Both the position numbers and the translations under genes were made by a program. Of a DNA stretch of 64,000 nt, positions 57,033-64,000 are shown piece after piece (within the stretch, counting starts at the first letter, position 1; each line of letters starts with the position of its first letter). Under the pieces are notes generated by a model that saw only the letters and a program-made list of their open reading frames with translations, had not been told where the DNA came from and made no database searches. The stretch covers positions 17,833 to 81,832 of the forward strand of contig CAVZVL010000013.1 of the NCBI GenBank assembly GCA_963778725.1, in the 5' to 3' direction. Source of the stretch: an uncultured Gaiellaceae bacterium (GTDB lineage Bacteria; Actinomycetota; Thermoleophilia; Gaiellales; Gaiellaceae).

Positions 57033-59439
57033 ATGGAGACGTACGACGCGAGGACGATCGAGGAGCGTTGGCAGCGGGTCTGGGAGGACGCGAAGGCGTT
57101 CTACGTCTCGAACGACCCGGTCGAGCCGAAGAGCTACGTCCTCGAGATGCTCCCGTACCCCTCGGGGAGCCTGCACATGGGCCACATGCTCGTCTACACG
57201 ATCGGCGACGTCGTCACGCGCTTCCGCTCGCGAAACGGGATGCACGTGCTGCATCCGCAGGGCTTCGACGCGTTCGGCCTCCCGGCCGAGAACGCCGCGA
57301 TCCGGGAGGGCGTCCACCCCCGCGAGAGCACGGAGCGCAACATCGAGGCGATCACGCCATTCGATGCGTCGCGTGGGCTGGGCGTACGACTGGGATCGCC
57401 TCGTCTCGACCCATAAGCCGGACTACTACCGCTGGCAGCAGTGGCAGTTCCTGCGTTTCCTCGAGCGCGGCCTCGTGTACCGGAAGGCCGCGCCCGTCAA
57501 GTGGTGCCCGAACGACCAGACCGTGCTCGCGAACGAGCAGGTCCGGGACGGGCGCTGCGAGCGCTGCGGCGCCGAGGTCGAGTCGCGCCTCATGGAGCAG
57601 TGGTTCTTCCGGATCACGGACTACGCCCAGGCGCTGCTCGACGACCTCGAGACGGTCGACTGGCCGGAGTCGATCAAGACGCGCCAGCGCAACTGGATCG
57701 GCCGGTCCGAGGGTGCCGAGGTCAATTTCCGGATCGAGGAGCTGGACGAGAACATTCCGGTCTTCACGACGCGGCCCGACACGCTCTACGGCGCGACCTT
57801 CTTCGTCCTCGCCCCGGAGCACGAGCTCGTGCCGCGTATCGACTCCGAGGAGGTGCGGGAGTACGTGCGCCGCGCGTCGGCGAAGAAGACCGCGGAGCGC
57901 GCCGCCGCGACCGAGAAGACCGGCGTCGCGGCAGGCATGCACGCGATCAATCCGGTCAACGGCGAGCGGCTGCCGGTCTACGTCGCCGACTACGTCCTGA
58001 CCGACTACGGGACGGGCGCGATCATGGCCGTCCCGGCGCACGACCAGCGCGACTTCGACTTCGCGACCGCGTTCGACCTGCCGATCCGGCAGGTCGTCCG
58101 TCCCGCGGACGGCGAGGTGGACGACTCCGTCGCCTACGTCGAGCACAGGGAAGGGGAGGTACTGGTCAACTCGGCCGAGTTCGACGGCCTGCCCGCGCCC
58201 GAGGGCGGCCGCCGGATCGTCGAGAAGCTCGAGGCCGAGGGTCGTGGCAGCTTCACGATCAACTACCGCCTGCGCGACTGGGGCTTCTCGCGCCAGCGCT
58301 ACTGGGGGTGCCCGATCCCGGTCGTCTACTGCGACGCGTGCGGGATCGTTGCCGTGCCGGACGAGGACCTGCCGGTCGTCCTGCCCGAGGTCGAGGACTA
58401 CAAGCCGAAGGGCATCCCGCCGCTCGCGCAGGCCGAGGACTGGGTGAATGTCCCGTGCCCGTCGTGCGGCGGTGCAGCGAAGCGAGAGACCGAGACGATG
58501 GACACGTTCGTCGACTCCTCCTGGTACTTCCTGCGTTACTGCGACGCGCACAACGACAGCGCGCCGTTCGACCGCGCTGCCGTCGACTACTGGAGCCCCG
58601 TCGACCTGTACATCGGCGGCGTCGATCACGCGACCGTGCACATGATCTACGCGCGGTTCTGGGTGAAGGTGCTGAACGACCTCGGCCTGCTCGGCTTCCG
58701 GGAGCCGTTCGCGGCGTTCTTCTCGAACGGCTGGGTGACGCTCGGGAAGACGAAGATGTCGAAGCGAGCTGGGAACGTGGTCGGACCGGACGACTTCCTG
58801 GACAAGTACGGCGCCGACGCGTGCCGCCTCAACATCCTCTTCCTGGGTCCTGCGAACGAGGACATGGAGTGGACCGAGACGAGCGTCGAGGCCATGGCTC
58901 GCTTCGTTCGCAGGCTGTGGACGGTCGTGAGCGAGGTTGCGGAGAGCGCGCCCGTTGGCGATCCGGAGGGTGGGCCGCTGGCACGGAAGGCGCATGCGAC
59001 GATCGCCAAGGTCACCGACGACATCGGCCGCCGGTTCGCGTTCAACACGGCGATCGCGGCGGTGATGGAGCTCGTCAACGAGCTGTCGCGGGATCGGGCC
59101 GGGCCTGATTCGCGTTTCGCGGCCGAGACCACCGTGTCGCTGATCCAGCCGTACGCGCCGCACGTCGCCGAGGAGCTGTGGTCGCGGCTCGGTCACGAGC
59201 AGTTGTGGGAGGCGGCCTGGCCCGTCGCGGACCCGACGATGCTCGAGGTGGAGACGGTCGAGGTCGTCGTCCAGGTGAACGGAAAGATCCGCGACCGTCT
59301 GCAGGTCGCGCCAGACCTCGCCGAGGACGAGCTCGTCGCGCTGGCGCGCGACTCCGAGCGGGTGCGCGCCCATCTGGACGGTGGCGACGCCGCGCGCGTC
59401 ATCGTCGTTCCGGGCAAGCTCGTCAACTTCGTGATCTAG
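57033..59439 (+). pseudogene. leuS: Leucyl-tRNA synthetase; one extra base between 57351 and 57363
   Basis: METYDARTIEERWQRVWEDAKAFYV..LPYPSGSLHMGHM (HIGH-type) is in the frame of ORF 56979. MRRVGWAYDWDRLVSTHKPDYYRWQQWQF and the rest (691 aa, including the KMSKR motif) are in ORF 57364..59439. The spacing from NIEA to YDW equals that of E. coli LeuRS if one base is removed. Confidence 0.9.
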
Positions 59440-59524
59440 CGGCGCCGGCCGCCCGGCCGCGCTTTCGACGATTCGTGACGGAGTCGTGAACCACGCGTGA
59501 GCGGCTCGCGGCGACGATGGCCGC

Positions 59525-60125
59525 GTGCCCTTCGCCGTCTCCCGCTCGACCGCTCTCGTCGGGGTGTGCTTGGCGCTCGCAGCGCTCGTCCTCCTCGGCC
59601 AGCGGCTCGCGCACGCCGGGGCCGCCGGTGAGCCCGAGCCGGTCGCGACCACGCTCGAGCCCGTTGCGTCGGCGCCGGCGCGCACGATCCTCGTCGTCCA
59701 CGTCGTCGGAGAGGTGCGCCGGCCCGGGCTGTACCGGCTGCGCGACGGTGCGCGCGATCGCCGACGCCGTCCATCGCGCGGGAGGCGCGCTGCGCGACGC
59801 CGACCTCGCGGCGGTGAATCTCGCCGCGCCGCTCGTCGACGGGGTGCAGGTCGTCGTGCCTGCTCGAACGCAGGACGGGACGGGTGCGCCTTCGTCAGGT
59901 GGTGCAGAACCGTCAGGAGTTGGGCCGGTCGGCCCGCTCGTGAGCCTCTCCTCCGCAACGGTTGACCAGCTCGACGAGCTCCCGGGCGTCGGCCCGATCA
60001 CTGCGCAGAAGATCGTGGACTACCGCACCGAGCACGGCCCGTTCGCATCCGTCGACGACCTCGACGCCGTCCCGGGCATCGGTCCGACCCGAATCGAGCA
60101 GCTGCGCGACCTCGTAACGCCGTGA
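59525..60125 (+). pseudogene. comEA: ComEA-family DNA-binding competence protein (SLBB plus tandem helix-hairpin-helix); one shift near 59750
   Basis: The TM is ALVGVCLALAALVLLG. ILVVHVVGEVRRPGLYRLRDG is in ORF 59525. IADAVHRAGGALRDADLAAVNLAAPLVDGVQVVVP ... LDELPGVGPITAQKIVDYR..LDAVPGIGPTRIEQL is in ORF 59517..60125. Confidence 0.75.
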
Positions 60126-62424
60126 GAAGAGCGCTCGAGCTCCACTGGCCCGCGCTCCTCGTGGCCTCTGTGTGCGTCGGCATCGGTCTCTCCGTCTGGT
60201 TCGCGTTGTCGCTGGCCGTCGCGGCGACGGTCACCTTCGCGGCATTCGGCGCGGTGCTTTGCCTGGACGGGCCGGCGCGTCTCGGAGCGGTCGCGGCCGC
60301 GCTCGCCGTGCTCGGCCTCGCGTGGGGTTCGTTGCGGATGGGTGCGCTCGATGCGAGCGTCCTGGCGGGACGGATCGGCGAGACCGGCCAGGCGACGCTG
60401 GTGACGGTCGCGCCGGCTCGTCGTTCGCGCTGGTCGACGCGCGTGATCGCCGAGATCACGGCGTTCCGGCACGAGCCGTTACGCGAGCGCGTCTTGGTCG
60501 TCCTGCCTGTGGGACGCTCGCCGCCGCAGGGGAGCTGTCCTGGACGCGACCGTCGACATCCAGGAGCCTCGGCCCGAGCAGGACGGGTTCGACGAGCGCG
60601 CATGGCTGGCCCGCCAGGGCATCCATGTCGTGCTGAAGGCGTCGAGCTGGCGACAGGTCGGACGACGGGGCGGGATCCAGGGCTTCGGCGACCGGCTTCG
60701 TGACCGCGTCGAGCGCGCGATCGGACGCGGCGCGAGCGGCGTGCGGCGGGGGATCGTGCTCGGCGTCGTCCTCGGCGAGGACGAGGGCCTTCCGGCGGAC
60801 GTGCAGCGCGACTTCCGCGCGTCGGGGCTCTACCACTTGCTCGCCGTCTCGGGGCAGAACGTCGCGTTCCTCGCTGCCGGTGTCTTCTGCCTCGGTTGGC
60901 TGTTTCGCCTCTCGCGGATCGTGCGCGAGCTGTCGACTCTCGCAGTGATCGCGGCATACGTGCTCGCAGTCGGCTGGCAGCCGTCCGTGGCGAGGGCGGC
61001 GGTCGCCGGCGCTCTGGTGTCGCTCGCGTGGCTCGCCTCGCGACCGCGCGACCGCTGGTACTTCCTTGCGTTCGGCGCGCTCGTCCTCCTGCTCTGGATG
61101 CCGACCTCGGTCCTCGATCCGGGGTTCCAGCTCTCCTTCGCCGCGGTTGCCGCGATCTTCGTCGCAGTGCCGCGCCTGCAGTCTCGGCTCGCCGGCTACC
61201 CGGTGCCGCCGCGCCTCGCGGACGGTCTGGCCGTCGCCGCGGCGTGCGGTCTCGTCACCGCGCCGATCCTGCTCTTCCACTTCGGCCGGGCGCCGCTGTA
61301 CACCGTTCCCGCGAATCTGCTCGCGGAGCCGTCGATGCCGCTCGTTCTCGGCCTCGGTCTGCTGGCCAGCGTCGTCGATCCGATTTCTCCGTCCGCCGCA
61401 GCATCGCTCGGGTGGCTCGCCGGCTGGGCGGCGGCGTGGCTCGAGCTCGTCGCGCGCGTCTTCGGCGGCCTCCCTTCAGCGCAGATCGGGACACACCTCG
61501 CGCTCGTCCTGGTTGCTGGCACAGGAGCTGCGTGGTTCGTGGTACCGCGGGCGCGCAGGAACCTGGCGACACCGACGCGCCGTGGCCCCGCGGTGCTCGC
61601 CGCGTGCGGAGCCGTGTTGCTCGCGGCGGTGTGGATCGTGGCGCTGCGACCCGCTCCGGTGGCGTGGACTGCTCCGGCCGCCTTCCGCGTGACCTTCCTG
61701 GACGTCGGTCAGGGCGACTCCACCCTCCTCGAGACGCCGACTGTGCGCGTGCTCGTGGACGAAGGGCCGCCTGAGGCAGACGTGGCCGGACAGCTCGCGC
61801 GCATGGGGATCCGCTCGCTCAGCGCGATCGTCCTGACACATCCTCAGCGCGATCACGTCGGCGGCGCAGCCGCCGTACTCCGCAGCATCCACGTCGGAGA
61901 GGTGCTCGACCCCGGTCTGGCTGCGACCGGGCCGGAGAGCGAGGAGGCGCTCGCCGTCGCCCGACAACGACACGTTCCTGTCCGCGTCGTGCGCGAGGGC
62001 ACGAGGTTCCGCGCCGGTCGGCTCCGGATCCGCGTCCTCTGGCCGGAGGACGCCGGAACCCCGAGCGAGGATCCGAACCAGAACGCCGTCGTACTCGTCG
62101 CCTCTTACCGCGCGACCGACGTCTACCTCTCGGCCGACGCTGAGTCGGACGTGACGTCACGTCTTCCGCTCCCGGACGTCGAGATCATGAAGGTGGCGCA
62201 CCACGGGTCGGAGGATCCCGGTCTCGCGGACGAGCTCGGGACGCTTCGCCCCGAAGTCGCGGTCATCTCGTGCGGCCGGCACAACGAGTACGGGCATCCG
62301 ACGCCCCGAGACGCTCGCCGCACTCGCGAGCTACCCGGGCCTCGCCGTCTACCGGACCGATCAGGACGGCCGCGTCGTCATCGAGTCCGACGGGCGAGAG
62401 CTCGCGGTTCGGACGCAACGGTAG
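60122..62424 (+). pseudogene. comEC: ComEC/Rec2 DNA internalisation channel with C-terminal MBL domain; at least 3 frame shifts
   Basis: GTGA overlap with comEA. Blocks are RASGLYHLLAVSGQNVAFL, a multi-TM core, VTFLDVGQGDSTLL, THPQRDHVGG and KVAHHGS. The tail YGHP..LAALASYPGLAVYRTDQDGRVVIESDGRELAVRTQR-stop was read by hand. Confidence 0.8.
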
Positions 62425-62432
62425 ATTGACCC

Positions 62433-63444
62433 GTGGCCGAGGCTCCGGACAAGCCCGTGTACCTCATCACCGGAGGCGACCGCCCGAAGATCGAGACGGC
62501 GCTGGGGCGCCTGCGAGCCCACTTCTCGCCCGAGGCGATCGAGTCCGTCAGTGCGGTCGACAGGTCAGGCGACGAGGCGGTCGGCCTGTGCAACGCCGGG
62601 AGCCTCTTCGGAGACGGGCGGCTCATCGTCGTCCGCGACGTCGACGGTCAGCGAGACGGTGAGGGCCGGCGAAAGGGAGGCTGGAAGGCGGCGGACGTCG
62701 CTGCGGTCACCGACTACCTCGCGAACCCGGCGCCGGCGACCGTGCTCGCGCTCGTGGCGGACGAGCTCAAGTCGAGCTCCGCGCTCTGGAAGGCGTGCGC
62801 AAAGGCGGGCAGCGTCCTCTCGTTCGAGGTCGCGAAGAAGGAGCTGCACGGCTGGGTCGCGGAGCAGTTCCGCCAGCTCGGTGTCCGAGCCGAGCCCGAG
62901 GCTGTCTCGGCGCTGATCCTGCTCGCCGGCGACGACCTGACGACGCTGAAGGTCGAGGTGGACAAGCTCGCGACGTGGGCGTCCGGGGAGCCGATCGGCG
63001 AGCGCGAGGTCGCCGCCCTCGTTGCGCCCAACGCCGACGTGCCGACCTACGAGCTCACCGAGGCGTGGTCGGCGCGCGAGGTCGGTCGCGCGCTCGAGAT
63101 CAGCGAGTCGATCTTCGAGCACGAGCCGCGTCCGCGCCGCGACGTCGCGCCGCGGCTCGCCGGAACGCTCGGCAGTCATGTCGAGCCGGCTCCGCGCGCT
63201 CCAGCGCCTCGCGGCGGAGGGCGTCCGCTCGAAGGAGGCGGCGGAGCGCCTGAAGCTCCATCCCTTCCGCGCCCAGAAGCTCATGGCTCAGGCTGAGGGG
63301 TTCTCGGGTGAGGAGCTCGACGATGCGGTCGTGCGCCTGGCCGAGCTCGACGGCGCGCTCAAGGGGCAGTCGAGGATCGCGCCCGACCTCGAGGTCCAGC
63401 GCGCACTCGTCGACCTGACGCGACCGCCTGGTTCGTCGAATTAG
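62433..63444 (+). pseudogene. holA: DNA polymerase III delta subunit; one shift near 63180
   Basis: MAEAPDKPVYLITGGDRPKIE.. is in ORF 62433. The C-terminal SRLRALQRLAAEGVRSKEAAERLKLHPFRAQKLMAQAEGFSGEELDDAVVRLAELDGALKG is in ORF 63022..63444. The position downstream of comEC is the conserved bacterial arrangement. Confidence 0.75.
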
Positions 63445-63466
63445 GTCTCTGACCGGTTGCGGCGCG

Positions 63467-63733
63467 CTACGCGGCGCCGCCGGCGACCAGGCGCGCCGCA
63501 CGCGACTTCTTGCGGGCGGCCGTGTTGCCGTGCAATGCGCCACGCGTCGTCGCCCGGTCGATCGTCCGCACGAGCTCGCGGTGCTCGGTCGCGATCCGCT
63601 CGGCGTCGCCGTCCGAGACGGCGGCCTCGAGGCGCTTCGTGAGGGTCTTGATCGTCGACCGGTAGCGGAGGTTCTCCGTCCTCTGCCGCTCCTGGATCAG
63701 GACGCGCTTCTTCTGCTGTTTGATGTTCGCCAT
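63467..63733 (-). CDS. rpsT: 30S ribosomal protein S20
   Basis: MANIKQQKKRVLIQERQRTENLRYRSTIKTLTKRLEAAV...ARKKSRAARLV. The ATG is at 63733, within ORF 63467..63922. Confidence 0.9.
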   Translation of the reverse strand: MANIKQQKKRVLIQERQRTENLRYRSTIKTLTKRLEAAVSDGDAERIATEHRELVRTIDRATTRGALHGNTAARKKSRAARLVAGGAA

Positions 63734-63810
63734 TCGAGAAAATGCCCGCTGCCGCGGGCCGGGCGATGGTAGCAGACCCCACTGGGAGAATCGCTCGCGA
63801 AGCCGACCCG

Positions 63811-64000
63811 ATGGACACCGAAGCAGAAGCCACTCCGGCGCCGCACTCCGAGGACGAGCGCGGCCACAGCCGGCGCCTCGCGCGCTCCACCGCCGTCTTC
63901 TCCGGGGCGACCGCCATCTCACGCGTGCTCGGGCTCGTGCGCGAGATGGTCAGCGCGCTACTTCTTCGGCGTCTCGGGTCTCATCAACGCCTTCACGGTC
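63811..64000 (+). pseudogene. murJ: Lipid II flippase MurJ/MviN, 5' fragment running off the window; one extra base near 63958
   Basis: Hand translation from ATG at 63811 gives MDTEAEATPAPHSEDERGHSRRLARSTAVFSGATAISRVLGLVREMVSA. After the shift it continues YFFGVSGLINAFTV, the conserved MurJ N-terminal pattern. Confidence 0.55.

Noticed and set aside
57352-59958. Very long antisense ORFs. Examples are the 868 aa at 57352..59958(-) opposite leuS, 698 aa at 24107..26203(-) opposite pepF, 643 aa at 9946..11877(-), 555 aa at 52289..53956(-) opposite fbiC, and 508 aa at 21363..22889(-).
   Set aside because: They are Arg/Pro/Ala/Gly/Asp-rich and low in complexity, with no recognisable motifs. They lie opposite genes with strong family signatures. 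Such shadow ORFs are expected in roughly 70% GC DNA, where stop codons are rare.
1-64000. The frame-disrupted blocks read as genuine pseudogene islands or targeted hypermutation.
   Set aside because: Essential genes (leuS, holA, murJ) are hit. The lesions are almost all single extra bases rather than deletions or rearrangements. Protein-level conservation on both sides of each junction is undiminished.
1-64000. Mobile elements, prophage remnants, CRISPR arrays, toxin-antitoxin or known defence genes, rRNA and tRNA genes.
   Set aside because: I found no transposase, integrase, recombinase or Cas-like ORFs. I saw no regularly spaced direct repeats and no tRNA-like T-arm sequences in the few spacers longer than 100 nt. 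This was a visual scan only, so short or degenerate elements could have been missed.

Overview
This is a high-GC (roughly 70% by eye, not computed) actinobacterial-type chromosomal segment. It holds about 60 tightly packed protein genes, many with ATGA/GTGA/TGATG start-stop overlaps. I found no rRNA, tRNA, CRISPR array, transposase, integrase or recognisable defence system. Gene order is as follows. (1) A MoaD-like GG protein plus a cytoplasmic BNR propeller, and a LuxR-type regulator. (2) A polyamine-type locus: a saccharopine-dehydrogenase-family gene divergent from aldehyde dehydrogenase-potA-potD-potB-potC, followed by a secreted BNR protein, a SnoaL-like protein and a class-III aminotransferase. 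(3) An EgtB-like gene, a MacB-type ABC pair (ATPase plus a 980-aa double-FtsX permease), an ACT-malic enzyme, a family III CoA-transferase, DedA, a thioredoxin-domain (DUF255) protein, an F420/LLM oxidoreductase and a PepF-type M3 peptidase. (4) A lipid or hydroxy-acid catabolic region: TetR, a degenerate Liv-type binding protein, a histidine phosphatase, an APH-type kinase, a second LLM oxidoreductase and an acyl-CoA dehydrogenase, then a six-gene minus-strand operon of ACAD-alpha, ACAD-beta, acyl-CoA synthetase, enoyl-CoA hydratase, quinone oxidoreductase and SDR. (5) A secreted clan-A-like glycosidase with a small anchored partner, and an intact livGFHMJ operon. (6) A cupin/membrane-protein operon, a NarL-type two-component system, two small secreted proteins, and YciI with an ECF sigma factor. 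(7) A core block of fbiC, VOC, lysA, leuS, comEA, comEC, holA, rpsT and murJ (partial). The main caveat is that many genes carry single-base frame disruptions. These are clustered in blocks (about 0.1-11 kb, 26-33 kb, 45-52 kb, 57-64 kb), while other blocks of 9-12 kb are clean. Essential genes (leuS, holA, murJ) are hit, so I read this as assembly or sequencing error rather than gene decay, and I label such genes pseudogene only in the as-assembled sense. I did not find a convincing novel multi-gene system. The best second-look items are four: a terminator/anti-terminator switch with a Leu-containing uORF upstream of leuS; a 16-bp perfect hairpin that sequesters the yciI Shine-Dalgarno; a split APH-kinase/ACAD (LvaA/LvaC, ACAD10/11-like) module; and a repeated motif flanking the two-component system. 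All coordinates of frame-disrupted genes and all functional calls rest on my reading of motifs. No database search was run.
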